Source: a virus
Reading direction: 5' to 3' (one strand)
Length of the DNA stretch: 64,000 nt
IMG/VR virus record: IMGVR_UViG_3300013306_000002
Location: 18,647 to 82,646 of that record
Below are positions 47,508 through 57,175 of the stretch, piece by piece (the stretch's first letter is position 1; each line of letters opens with the position of its first letter). A program made the translations under genes and the position numbers. The notes under the pieces were generated by a model. It made no database searches and was not told the DNA's origin. It worked only from the letters and a program-made list of their open reading frames with translations.

Positions 47508-48209
47508 TCACAGCACGTACTCCCTGCTAAGGTTCCGCCTCGCCCACTGCACGGTCACCAGGGCCGACCGCTCGAAGGTCATACCCCCGCACTTTTTGCA
47601 AGCGCCCCGGTGCTCGCGCACCTCGACGGACACCGTCTCCCGGCTGGCGCCCTGCATCCAGGGGTGCCGCTGAATCTCAGCGGTCGCCTCCTGGATTCGG
47701 AGGAGCGTGCGGTACTCGGGGGCCGTGAGGCGTGGGTTGGTCGCGGTCTCCCATGTCACCAGGTCGGCGAGCGCCTTCGTGGCTCCACCGATCGCGGTCC
47801 CCTGCAGGCATGTCCAGACTCCCCGGACGTCGACCGGGTGGGGAATGTCCGCGAACACCATCTGCCGGCGCTTGGTGAGTAGGCCGAACGGCCGGAACAG
47901 TTCGGTTCGCGCGATGCCCAGGAGCTCCTCATCAGGCAAAAGACAAGCAATCCACCGGGCGCGCTGGTCGGAGTTGCCCCGATCTCTCAGCGCAGCGTGC
48001 TCCTGCAAGTGATCCCGGTTCCTGAGCTCCTGCTGCTCGAGTGCGGTCAGCGGGGTGATGTGGACTGAGGTGACATGCTCGGGGCGAACCCCGGGGCGGC
48101 GCAGCGCAGCCCGCCTGGCTTGCTCGGTAGCGGAATCCATGTCGCTGGACTCGACCATCAGGCGTACCTGGAGCGTAATGTCGGCGTGGTAGCGGTGGGT
48201 AGCGGTCAT
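47508..48209 (-). CDS. Hypothetical protein
   Basis: GGAG RBS; 233-aa ORF. Confidence 0.6.
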   Translation of the reverse strand: MTATHRYHADITLQVRLMVESSDMDSATEQARRAALRRPGVRPEHVTSVHITPLTALEQQELRNRDHLQEHAALRDRGNSDQRARWIACLLPDEELLGIARTELFRPFGLLTKRRQMVFADIPHPVDVRGVWTCLQGTAIGGATKALADLVTWETATNPRLTAPEYRTLLRIQEATAEIQRHPWMQGASRETVSVEVREHRGACKKCGGMTFERSALVTVQWARRNLSREYVL

Positions 48210-48285
48210 GTGGTCTCCATACTTGAGCGGTCCCGCGAAGACACGTAGCGAAGGGCCACGTGTCGCCGAAGGACACTCCAGCGAT

Positions 48286-48879
48286 TCAGCCGTCGTTAAG
48301 GATCTCGTCGATCTCCGCCGATGCCCCTTGCGACGTCGGATAGGAGTGTCCGGCGTGCATGAGTTTGCCCGCTCGCTCCCAGATCGGGTGTCCGCCGATG
48401 CGGCGCCCGCCGGGGCCGACGATAAGGGTCGTGCTGGTCGTGTTGGTTCGCTGGATCACGCGGTAGCCGCCATCGTCGCTAAGGATGGCGTAGGTCGGCG
48501 GAGCGGTCACACTGGCGTCGGTGTCGGCAGGAACCTCGGGGGGCGCGGGGGGCGCGAGCGCGAACACTCCGCGCTCCAGGAAGATCTGCACACCCTCGGT
48601 GAACGAGATCACCTGCTCCTGCACCCCGCTCGCGCTGTAGCCGTGCGCGGCGTGCCAGCGTCTGTGAACGAGCCAGCACTGAAACGGCTCAGCCCCCGTG
48701 AATGCCGGGTAGATCGTGACAGCGTCGCAGCCAGCGGCCGAGTGGCGATCCTCGAACGCCAGCGCCGCCCGGTCGCCCACGAGGAGCAAGCCGTCAACCT
48801 CTCGGTCAGGCTCCTGCTCGACGGGACCACGGGTGCGAAGGGTGCGAATCTGCGCGTACTTGAGCGTCGTCCTGGTCAT
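48286..48879 (-). CDS. Hypothetical protein
   Basis: AAGGAG RBS, ATG. Confidence 0.55.
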   Translation of the reverse strand: MTRTTLKYAQIRTLRTRGPVEQEPDREVDGLLLVGDRAALAFEDRHSAAGCDAVTIYPAFTGAEPFQCWLVHRRWHAAHGYSASGVQEQVISFTEGVQIFLERGVFALAPPAPPEVPADTDASVTAPPTYAILSDDGGYRVIQRTNTTSTTLIVGPGGRRIGGHPIWERAGKLMHAGHSYPTSQGASAEIDEILNDG

Positions 48880-48961
48880 ATCTATCTCCTTTGGGTGGTC
48901 GAAGTCTGAAGGCAGTCCCACAGAAGCACGTGTGTAGAACCACATGCCGCCAGAGGATGCC

Positions 48962-51900
48962 TTAGGCCGCGAGACTGCGCCGGTGGTAGGTCCGGAACCG
49001 AGCGGCGCGCTTGGCCATCGCCTCGCGGTAGGCGCTGGGGGATCCGGCGCCACGGGATCCGGGGCGGCTCTCAGCAGATTGAAACCGCTCGGGGGGCGTT
49101 TCGGGCTGAGCCAGTGGACGCGGCGCTGGTGGTAGCGGAGGAGGCGGAGCGGGCTGCAGTACCTCGTGCGCGAGCTCGAGCAGGAAGTTGCCCCCGCCCG
49201 CGTCGAACTGGGCGAGCCCCCCGGCCATATCACCGTCAACCAACTCGGCCGCCCGCATCTTGCGCGCAATCAAATCGATCGCCGTGGCCTGCATTGTGCC
49301 GCGGTAGCCCATGAAGACGACCCGGACCGGCTTGTCCTGGCCCAGCCTCCAGCTGCGGCGGATCGACTGGCGCAGCGTGTTGATCGAGTATTCGATCCCG
49401 TACTGCACGATCGTGTTCGCGAACATCAGATCCAGCCCGGTCTCCACAAGCCGACCATTCGTGAACATGACGTCAAAACCCGCCCGGACCTGAGCGCGCA
49501 TCCACTCCTCGCGCTTTTCCGGTTCGACGTTCGAGTCGAGGATGACGACACGCAGCCCGGCGGCCTCTAGAGCGGCGCGGACGCGCGGGCGCGCGTCACG
49601 GCGATGCGTTTGCGTAAAAAACACGAGCACCTTGCGCTCCTTGGCGTGCTCCTTGTGCACCAAGTCGATCAAGGCCTCATCTTTGGGCCAGAGGTCACCT
49701 TCGATTGCGTCCACAGACGCCAGGACTTCCGTGCGCTCGCCATCCTCATCGATATCGTAGATGTCTTCGCGCTGGTCGGGGCGATCCGGCCATCCTAGGC
49801 ATGCCTGCAGGTAGGCGCCGAGCGCCCTGGGATGTTCCCGTATCAGGGCGCGTAGCTCGCCCTGGAATCTCGACACAGCCGCAAGCACCCCGGCGTCAGG
49901 CTCGACGAGGAGGACCTCCTCTGTGTATTCGGGAAGCTCAAGACGTAGGTCGCGGAGCTTCACAAATACCGTGTACGGTAGTAAGAGTGGAATCATGGCA
50001 GGGGACATGCCGGGGATTTCCCGGATCCGGCCGCCAGTGTTTCCCTTGCGGTAACCGAACGTGGAAGTGCGCTCATCCTCTTTGTGGATCGTCTCGAATA
50101 GTCCGTGATGCTGGACGAAGGTCGCGCAATCGGTGGCCTTGTAGGCTGCGCGGAACGCGGGATCCAGTCGATAGAGTAGATGGAAGATAGACGATGCGCG
50201 TCCGCCGTAGAGGGTTCCGGTCATCACGAGGATTTTCCGTGCGCCGGTCATGAGTTGATGCACCGCGCGCGCCTGGTCTGTCTCCCCCTTTGCATGCTGG
50301 TGTGCTTCGTCGACTACCAGCACATAGCGGCGCGCGTAACGATGGTGCAGGTAGGCTGCGAGCGGCCACCGTTTGGTGCCCTTGGCGGTGATTGGTGTGA
50401 ACTGGTACAGCGGTTCCGAGCAGCCAGCGCACTTCGACTGCACCTTAGGATCAAGCGTGACCTCGGCGCCGCATGCCGGGCAAGCATCGAACTTGCGGCG
50501 CTCACTGACCATCTCGCTGATCGTGCGGCTTGACCAGTCCTCCGCGCGCTTCACTTCGCGCGTTACGACCTTGCTCCCGGTCGCACACGCGGTCTCCCAT
50601 CTCGCGCCGAGCTTCGCGGTCTCCTTGCTCAAAACCAAGTAGGTCGCCGAGTTCGACGCCGCAAAGAATGTGTCGATGTCGGCGAGCCGCTTGGCGATCA
50701 TGGCCGATCCGGGCCGACCTGTGATGATCTCGATCTCCCTCGCCCATTTGGGTACAAGGTGCGTAGGGCACACCACGACAACCTTATCCGCCCGCGCGAG
50801 TTCCGAGGCCACGATCGCCATCGTGGTTTTCCCGGTGCCCATCTCTCCGCACAGGATCACAGCCTTGTGACCGCGACGGCGACGGCTTGGCGTGGGTCCG
50901 CCGTACCATCGGTGCACAACGGCCGCGGACGCCTCGCGTTGAACCTGCAGGATCTCCGGCTCGCTGCGTCCGGGTAGGATGCCAGGTGCGCGCAGGCCGG
51001 CTAGATCGTACGCGTCCAGGTCAGAGGGGCGGAATTGCGGCGAATGTGCCGCCAGGATTCCACTGGCAAGAGCTTCGCCATGCAACTTGAACCAATCGCC
51101 GGTTTTCGTTTGATCGTCCTCGACTTGCCATGAGTCAAGGATTCCGGTCGATAGGTCCAGTACGGACAGGTAAGACGCGATGCGTTCACGGTGAATCGTC
51201 TCGCCCTCGCCCTCGATCACCGCGGTGACCTTGCGACTCCCTCCCTTGACGAGTAGGCGCGCATCGCCGTCGGACAGTTCGAGGCCATTGAGCGCGCCCG
51301 CAGCGAGGAGCATCGCTTGGTGACCCGGTCGCGGCGCGACCAGCGGAGCGAGGCTATGTGCAGCACCCTCGCCCGTGTGGGCGTCCCATTGCTGCGCCAG
51401 CCATGCGCCCTCATTCTCGAGCGGTTGGTAACTCTCAGGCGCCCGCCCCACCAGCGCAACGCGCGCGGTCGCAACGGGTACGCTGATCTCGTAGGGTTCG
51501 GCCGTATCGAGGGACGGCAAGGCCCCGACGTCTTCGAGTGCCGAGACATCGCTGTAGCAGTAGCCTCCGCTACTCCCCCGGCGCGCGAGCACCACGACCT
51601 GATCAAACGCTTCGACCTCGGGCGCCGGAAACGCGTAGGCGCGGATATCGATGTAGTTCCGTTGCATGAACTCGCGGAAGGCCTCGATCTTCAATATCTT
51701 GCGCGGTGGTATGAACACGAGCAGTCCGCCCGGTGCCAGAAAAGGCGTTGTTGCGCGCAGGAACTCGACTTCCTGTCGCATGTCGGCGCCCGTCTCGTCG
51801 GTGCCATCATCGTAGGGAGGATTCAGAAATAGGATCCCGAAAGGTCGCGCGCCCGCAGCGGGGTAGTGCCCTTCGCTGGCCAGCGGTTCGCCCGCCTCTG

Positions 51901-52171
51901 AGATGGCGGTAAGCTGGTGATAGGAACCCTGCTGTGCCCATGTGAGCACGCGTGCAGAGGCCTCCGCGCGCCCCTTGTGTAGCTCAACGCCATACGACAG
52001 CACGTTCCAGCGCCGCGCCAGCGCTGCGGCTGCAGCGCCCTCGCCCGCGCACGGATCGAGTAATGCCGCACCCTCGGAGTCGTCAAGCCGCACGGTGTCG
52101 CCGATGATCCCCACGACGCGATCAGGGCTCGGATAGTACAGGGCCCGCGCGATCGCTTCCAAGCGCGCCAT
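48962..52171 (-). CDS. N6-adenine methyltransferase (DUF6094-like) fused to SNF2-like helicase
   Basis: LLDPCAGEG, FLNPPY; GEMGTGKT, VCPTHLVPKW, VVDEAH, MTGT, VETGLDL, QSIRRSWRLGQ. Confidence 0.9.
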   Translation of the reverse strand: MARLEAIARALYYPSPDRVVGIIGDTVRLDDSEGAALLDPCAGEGAAAAALARRWNVLSYGVELHKGRAEASARVLTWAQQGSYHQLTAISEAGEPLASEGHYPAAGARPFGILFLNPPYDDGTDETGADMRQEVEFLRATTPFLAPGGLLVFIPPRKILKIEAFREFMQRNYIDIRAYAFPAPEVEAFDQVVVLARRGSSGGYCYSDVSALEDVGALPSLDTAEPYEISVPVATARVALVGRAPESYQPLENEGAWLAQQWDAHTGEGAAHSLAPLVAPRPGHQAMLLAAGALNGLELSDGDARLLVKGGSRKVTAVIEGEGETIHRERIASYLSVLDLSTGILDSWQVEDDQTKTGDWFKLHGEALASGILAAHSPQFRPSDLDAYDLAGLRAPGILPGRSEPEILQVQREASAAVVHRWYGGPTPSRRRRGHKAVILCGEMGTGKTTMAIVASELARADKVVVVCPTHLVPKWAREIEIITGRPGSAMIAKRLADIDTFFAASNSATYLVLSKETAKLGARWETACATGSKVVTREVKRAEDWSSRTISEMVSERRKFDACPACGAEVTLDPKVQSKCAGCSEPLYQFTPITAKGTKRWPLAAYLHHRYARRYVLVVDEAHQHAKGETDQARAVHQLMTGARKILVMTGTLYGGRASSIFHLLYRLDPAFRAAYKATDCATFVQHHGLFETIHKEDERTSTFGYRKGNTGGRIREIPGMSPAMIPLLLPYTVFVKLRDLRLELPEYTEEVLLVEPDAGVLAAVSRFQGELRALIREHPRALGAYLQACLGWPDRPDQREDIYDIDEDGERTEVLASVDAIEGDLWPKDEALIDLVHKEHAKERKVLVFFTQTHRRDARPRVRAALEAAGLRVVILDSNVEPEKREEWMRAQVRAGFDVMFTNGRLVETGLDLMFANTIVQYGIEYSINTLRQSIRRSWRLGQDKPVRVVFMGYRGTMQATAIDLIARKMRAAELVDGDMAGGLAQFDAGGGNFLLELAHEVLQPAPPPPLPPAPRPLAQPETPPERFQSAESRPGSRGAGSPSAYREAMAKRAARFRTYHRRSLAA

Positions 52172-52725
52172 TACTGCAACTCCCCTGCGAGCAGGGCCTC
52201 GCGCACGATAGGCTCCCACGTGTCGGTCACGGTGGAAACCTTCCACGCCTCGCGACCGTGACCGGACGCTTGAACGATCGCGCCATGCTTGCGCCCGAGA
52301 TCCCACAGGGATGAACGCCATGCGACGCGAAGCGGCACGGGACACCAGCGGGCGAGCCTGGTGAAGTACCGGCGATCTGCGTTGGGTCCGGTCTGGTAGA
52401 ACCAACCCACATCCGGCGCATTGTGACTGAACATCGGATGAAAGATCACGGTGTGCAACATCCCACGCTCGAGCGGCGCGCTCACCGTCAGATAGCTAAC
52501 GCTTTCGCTCATGCCGACATTGCTACCGCCGACGGTTATCGATCCGCAACGTCCGCGCCGACCGGATGACTTAGAGAGATTGGCCCACGCAGCACGTACG
52601 GCATTGCGCGGACCGAACATACTCAGCATGACCAGATCCGAGCGCCACCCGCTACCACTCACACGGAGCGTGTCGCTGTAGCAGGGAAGCGCTCCCTCGA
52701 TCTCGAGCAGCATGCCGGAACCCAT
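52171..52725 (-). CDS. Hypothetical protein coupled to the MTase-helicase
   Basis: AAGGAG RBS; TAATG overlap with the downstream gene. Confidence 0.7.
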   Translation of the reverse strand: MGSGMLLEIEGALPCYSDTLRVSGSGWRSDLVMLSMFGPRNAVRAAWANLSKSSGRRGRCGSITVGGSNVGMSESVSYLTVSAPLERGMLHTVIFHPMFSHNAPDVGWFYQTGPNADRRYFTRLARWCPVPLRVAWRSSLWDLGRKHGAIVQASGHGREAWKVSTVTDTWEPIVREALLAGELQ

Positions 52726-52853
52726 GGTTATACTCCTTGCCCCCAAGGGGCCTTGATTGGTTGACGTCTGTATCGCCGCACCGATGGCGGGATCGGCGCT
52801 AGCTGGACAGCGGCAAGCTACAGCTTGCGTATGTAGTTGGTGAGCGCTGCTAG

Positions 52854-52869
52854 TGCACGGAGCCTGCCA
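52854..52869 (-). promoter_or_regulatory. Sigma54-type -24/-12 promoter
   Basis: TGGCAGG-ctcc-GTGCA (GG-N10-GC), intergenic. Confidence 0.55.
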
Positions 52870-52879
52870 GCGTGTGACT

Positions 52880-53309
52880 TCAGGTGAACCGCGCGCGCCC
52901 TCTGATTGTGCACGTGCAGACAGGCCATGTAGGCGCCACGATCTCGGACATACAATCCAGCAGTTCGCTCCTCGAAGGCCCACGCTGGCGCACCGCGCCC
53001 AGATCGGCGGTTTGCACTGTGACCACACGTCCACTGCCGTGGTGTTCACCGCCACACTGGCAGTCACAACTCGGGCCCGTCGCGCCCGTGCACCGGCCAT
53101 CGCACACGGCGTGATCTTCCAACCTCACCACACGATGCCGCCGCACGACACCGATGTAGGAGATCTTCCCACCGCACGCGCACGTCGTGCCGACCGGAAG
53201 CGCACCCTCCACAACCTGGGAAGTCAGGCAGTCCCCGCAGCGGTAGTAGGAGCGGCGCGGTTTGGCCGGTCGCGGTGGAGTGGTTCCAGCGAGCGAGATC
53301 ACAGGGCAT
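52880..53309 (-). CDS. Cys-rich hypothetical protein (start uncertain)
   Basis: CGDC, CACGG, CDGRCTGATGPSCDCQCGGEHHG. Confidence 0.5.
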
Positions 53310-53574
53310 CCCCTCCGATCAGCGCGCATCCCTCGCGGTGGTAGCCGATCCCGTTGCACACATTGCACAGTGTCATCTCCACGCCACACGTGAGACAGAA
53401 CCCATGCTCGTCCTCGTGACACTTGGCGCCCGCCGCCGCTTCGTGGAGAGTCTTCTCTGTGTCCAGGTAGGAAGCTACCGATGCGTCGTGCTCCGTCGCC
53501 GTGTGGGAGTGGTCGTGGTAGCAGTGCTTACAGCGACCGTCGTACACTCGCGAGGGCTCGCTCATGGGGTCCAC
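53299..53574 (-). CDS. Small Cys/His-rich protein
   Basis: CKHC, CLTC, CNVC..GYH..GC. Confidence 0.5.
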   Translation of the reverse strand: MDPMSEPSRVYDGRCKHCYHDHSHTATEHDASVASYLDTEKTLHEAAAGAKCHEDEHGFCLTCGVEMTLCNVCNGIGYHREGCALIGGDAL

Positions 53575-53897
53575 CCGAGCTCGCCGACCGACGGTACGAT
53601 CCGCACCTCGGGCTCCACATACTCACGCCGCCCCACGATGACATGGGCGATCCGCCCGCTGGGGAGCCGCCGCTCCTCACGGCGCTCGATCACGGCATAG
53701 GGGGCATGTCCCAGGTCACGCTCCCATGTCCACGAGGTTCCTTCCACGAAAGGGACGGGGAGCATGTTCCGGGCCCGCTCGCGCGCGTGCTTGAGGTCGG
53801 ATCCGAGGTTGTGAACCGCACCGATTCTGCGGTAGGCGCCACGACCGGCCGCGATGTTGCGTTGCCAGACGGCTGCGATGTAGGTGTGCTTGCGCAT
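53562..53897 (-). CDS. Hypothetical protein
   Basis: GGAGG RBS, ATG. Confidence 0.55.
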   Translation of the reverse strand: MRKHTYIAAVWQRNIAAGRGAYRRIGAVHNLGSDLKHARERARNMLPVPFVEGTSWTWERDLGHAPYAVIERREERRLPSGRIAHVIVGRREYVEPEVRIVPSVGELGWTP

Positions 53898-53947
53898 GGG
53901 TACCTCCAAGAGGTTTCAGGGTTGCGAGTCGCGATGTCTGTCCATCT

Positions 53948-53963
53948 TGCCAGCGTCATGCCT
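53948..53963 (-). promoter_or_regulatory. Sigma54-type -24/-12 promoter
   Basis: AGGCATG-acgc-TGGCA, intergenic. Confidence 0.45.
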
Positions 53964-54349
53964 GACAGGATCGACGGAAACCGCGCCGTACTACCAGAGT
54001 CGCACATGGCTGGCGCAGCACGCCAGCACTACCACGAGCAGGATCAGCGCCGCGCTTGCCAGTGTCCAGCCATGCCCCGGGCGGCGCGACTCCGAGAACT
54101 CGACATCCGACATGGCGTAGCGTGTGGGTGCGCTGTGCCTAGCGCGCCGCGCCAGAATCAGGGCTGGTGGCGACAACCGGGTGGAGTGGCGACGGGTGAG
54201 GAACATGCGCTGGATTCGGTGGCCGGTGAACCCGTGCGCCGTGTAGCTCACGCGGCGACGGGCAAGCACAAGCACGTACACGCCAGTGCCGACACCGCAT
54301 CCGACCACGATCACTCCGCTGGAACGAGCCGCGATGAGCGCCTGCATCT

Positions 54350-54595
54350 TCAGGTAACCTCGACCGCTTCGCTCGTGTCGTACCGATCGTCATCGAAAGA
54401 CGGAACGATCCAACTAATCTCCTGTCCCGACCAGCGATTGTACCCTGCAACGATGGCCATATCGCGTACGTTGCGCACATTGCGACGATACGCCAGGACA
54501 ACCCACGGCTTGGTCGCATGCTCGTCATATTCGCGCGCCGCACGACTCCGCACCCATCCGGGAGCGTGCTGCGCGTACCACTCGGCGGCAGTCAC
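54350..54595 (-). CDS. Hypothetical protein
   Basis: Coupled small ORF (GTGA overlap). Confidence 0.45.
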   Translation of the reverse strand: MTAAEWYAQHAPGWVRSRAAREYDEHATKPWVVLAYRRNVRNVRDMAIVAGYNRWSGQEISWIVPSFDDDRYDTSEAVEVT

Positions 54596-54933
54596 GCTGC
54601 ACGCTCCGGTAGCTTGCCGCTCTCAGCAACCGCGAGGAGCTTAGCCCGGAAGTCTCCGAGGTCGGGCGCCATGGAGATCGGCTGGCAATGCGCCAGTTTC
54701 CACGCCACGATCTGGTCGCGCGTGCTCTCCTGCCAGTCGCTCCCGGCGTGGACCATGACGCGGTGGAATTTCCAGCCCGGGAACAACGTCGGAAGCATTT
54801 CCACGACGGCGATGTCGCACTCCGCGTGCTCCGTCTGCCAGTGCTCGACGCGTTGCGCCGTGTTCTGGTCGACGATCGTCCAATCGTCGCCGAGCGCCAC
54901 GTGCATGCAGTCCTCGCAGAGCTGGATCTGCAT
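54592..54933 (-). CDS. Hypothetical protein
   Basis: GAGG RBS; CEDC. Confidence 0.5.
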   Translation of the reverse strand: MQIQLCEDCMHVALGDDWTIVDQNTAQRVEHWQTEHAECDIAVVEMLPTLFPGWKFHRVMVHAGSDWQESTRDQIVAWKLAHCQPISMAPDLGDFRAKLLAVAESGKLPERAA

Positions 54934-54935
54934 GG

Positions 54936-55490
54936 CTATGCCACCTCGGACGTGACGCGCTCGCCTGTGGCGACGCTGTAGATCGGAAACGGTGCGGGGT
55001 TGTCCTCGTCAAACCAGTCCGGGCCCGGACAGTAGGCGCGCTCGCCGTCCTCGCACGGTGAGGTCAGATAGCACGCGCCCGGCGCACAAGGCGAGCAGAA
55101 CGCTGCGCGCGTGTAGTACGGTGAGAGCGTGAACCACGCGTCACCGGACGAGTCGAGGTGAGCCTTGTAGCCATGCTCGTCGCAGATCTGCGAGCTAGGT
55201 TCGTCGCAGATCTGCGAGCTAGGTTCGTCGCAGATCTGCGAGCTAGGTTCGTCGCCGAACTGCTCGCCGTCGCGCACGTGATTCCCGCACGCAGGGCAAT
55301 TCGCTGGAGTGTCGAGATCTTCCGGCCAGTCCTCGCCGCAGTGCCCGCACGTAGCGTCGTAGTGCGGCTCGAAGGATTCATGTGCGAATTCCCCAAGCGC
55401 ACCGAGCGGGATCACGCCGTAGCGGATCCCCGTGTCCGGGTCGCGGTTGCAGGTACCGAGCGGACCGCTGTAGTCAATGCCACGCCCCAT
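54936..55490 (-). CDS. Cys-rich phage protein
   Basis: NRDPDTGIRYGVI, CGHC/CPAC, SPYYTRAAFCSPCAPGA, AYCPGPDWF. Confidence 0.7.
   Translation of the reverse strand: MGRGIDYSGPLGTCNRDPDTGIRYGVIPLGALGEFAHESFEPHYDATCGHCGEDWPEDLDTPANCPACGNHVRDGEQFGDEPSSQICDEPSSQICDEPSSQICDEHGYKAHLDSSGDAWFTLSPYYTRAAFCSPCAPGACYLTSPCEDGERAYCPGPDWFDEDNPAPFPIYSVATGERVTSEVA
55177..55255. repeat. 24-bp perfect tandem repeat x3.3 (encodes DEPSSQIC)
   Basis: TCGTCGCAGATCTGCGAGCTAGGT x3 plus 7 nt. Confidence 0.95.
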
Positions 55491-55561
55491 GGGCCTAGCC
55501 TTCCTACCCTCCAAGAGGGTGTCAGGTCCCCGACGGGAATCGCCGGGTCGGAAAGAGGTAC

Positions 55562-55577
55562 TGCAGGGACCTTGCCA
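55562..55577 (-). promoter_or_regulatory. Sigma54-type -24/-12 promoter
   Basis: TGGCAAG-gtcc-CTGCA at the head of the leftward gene block. Confidence 0.55.
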
Positions 55578-55629
55578 GCGGAAAGTCAGGCCACTCCGGA
55601 GGCCCCCAGCGGGCCTAGGCGCTCGGACC

Positions 55630-55707
55630 CACTCCGGAGTGGTGAAAAGTGTCGAAACCCTGACAACTGGGGTGTCGGATCTGGTCGATTTTAACCACTC
55701 CGGAGTG
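55630..55707. repeat. 19-bp inverted repeat whose arms contain the palindrome CACTCCGGAGTG
   Basis: CACTCCGGAGTGGTGAAAA -40 bp- TTTTAACCACTCCGGAGTG (1 mismatch). Confidence 0.8.
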
Positions 55708-55883
55708 CCTCCTGACAGGCACTTGAGAGGGTTCTCGCTCCGGATTTGGGCTCCGGAATGGGGTCAAGCAACCCCTAGGCCAGTGACCATGGGCTGCAGA
55801 CCCCAGATCGACCTGCCTCGAAAGCGCTCCGAAATCCCACCTCGAGTCCACCGGAACCCCACGGGAGCGCGCATGATGCCCGA

Positions 55884-56729
55884 ATGAAGACCCAAGACCC
55901 CCACTCCGAGCTCCAAGACGGGTTCGAGGTGGCTCCGCTACCGCCCATCGGGCCCGATGGGGCGCCCCAGATTCCACCTCAGCGCGCCGATCCGCCCGTA
56001 AGACCCTCGCTCTGCCAGGCCGGACCCTGCCGGCGCTACCACCGGCTCGTGGTCCAGGTGGATGCGGCGACCCCGGGCGCCGTTCGGCTCCCCATCGCGC
56101 CAGCCTACAACCACACGCGCGAGGATTCCCCGCGGACCCCATGCCCGGAGTGCGCCCAGGGTGTTCTCTACCGCGCACCAGCTGCGTTCCACGTCCAGAC
56201 CCATCACTACTGCTACCCAGACACGGGGATCGAGATGCCCCTGGGGGCGCTTCCGGTGGTGGAGTGCAACAGGTGGGATCCTGGTGGTGTGTTTCGGGAT
56301 TCGCATGGCCACGAGTTGGAGGCGTCGACCAAAGAGGATCGCATCTTCCTGTTCTGGCAGCGCGAAGCCGGGGCCGATTATCGCGCCCGGGTGGGCGCAT
56401 GGGAAGCCGCGCGCGCGGCTGAGCAGTCCGAGGCAGCGGAGGCCGAGCGGCTGATCGCCCAGTCCATGGCCGACACGCCGACCATCGCCTGCCAAGTGTG
56501 CGGCCAGAAGTTTGAGAAGCACGAGCTCGACGACCAGATGCGATGCCGCTCCTGCAATGGCGTCAGTCTGCAGCCCCGCTCACGCGCGTCGATGGATATC
56601 CCGCCCCGTGACCATGTCGACAGGTTGCATCCAGAGAGCCTCATCTATAGGTGCGAGTGCGGCGAGGAATCGCCCGGTAACCGAGTCTGTGCGACATGCC
56701 GGGCCTCCCGGCCCAAGGAGACTCCATGA
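55884..56729 (+). CDS. Multi zinc-finger hypothetical protein
   Basis: CPEC, CQVC..CRSC, CECG..CATC. Confidence 0.65.
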   Translation: MKTQDPHSELQDGFEVAPLPPIGPDGAPQIPPQRADPPVRPSLCQAGPCRRYHRLVVQVDAATPGAVRLPIAPAYNHTREDSPRTPCPECAQGVLYRAPAAFHVQTHHYCYPDTGIEMPLGALPVVECNRWDPGGVFRDSHGHELEASTKEDRIFLFWQREAGADYRARVGAWEAARAAEQSEAAEAERLIAQSMADTPTIACQVCGQKFEKHELDDQMRCRSCNGVSLQPRSRASMDIPPRDHVDRLHPESLIYRCECGEESPGNRVCATCRASRPKETP

Positions 56730-57175
56730 GCATCGAGCAACTGAAGCAAGATCTGAAGGATGTCACCAGCGCGCTGCCGACCGGCCCGCTCGTGACAGCG
56801 GCCGAGATGTCGGCCTACCTGAAGAACAACCTTCTACCCTTCATCGAGTCCGCTATAACCGAGATGGAGGAGATGGACGGGTCCATCGAAGATCTCGTCG
56901 TCCACGGCCAGGAGGTGCTGCACGAAGAGAATGCAGCGTTGTTCATGGCGCTCATCACGAGCGGGACAACCCTGGCCAAGGAACTCGAAGAGTTGGCCGC
57001 GAAGACCGGAGACGGCAAGCGGATCGCGTTGCTCATCAAGGAGTGGCGCGATCTTGCTGAGCAGGGCGCGGAGGTGCTCGAGGACATCACGATCCCGGAC
57101 CCCGACGCGGAGCCCGAGCCGGATGAGACTCCGGCCGTCGAATCTCCTGCCCTACCGGCGGGAGGGAAAGCATGA
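56726..57175 (+). CDS. Acidic helical protein
   Basis: AAGGAG RBS, ATGA overlaps. Confidence 0.7.
   Translation: MSIEQLKQDLKDVTSALPTGPLVTAAEMSAYLKNNLLPFIESAITEMEEMDGSIEDLVVHGQEVLHEENAALFMALITSGTTLAKELEELAAKTGDGKRIALLIKEWRDLAEQGAEVLEDITIPDPDAEPEPDETPAVESPALPAGGKA

Noticed and set aside
55177-55255. CRISPR array
   Set aside because: The repeats are contiguous with no spacers, in frame within a CDS, and no cas genes are present
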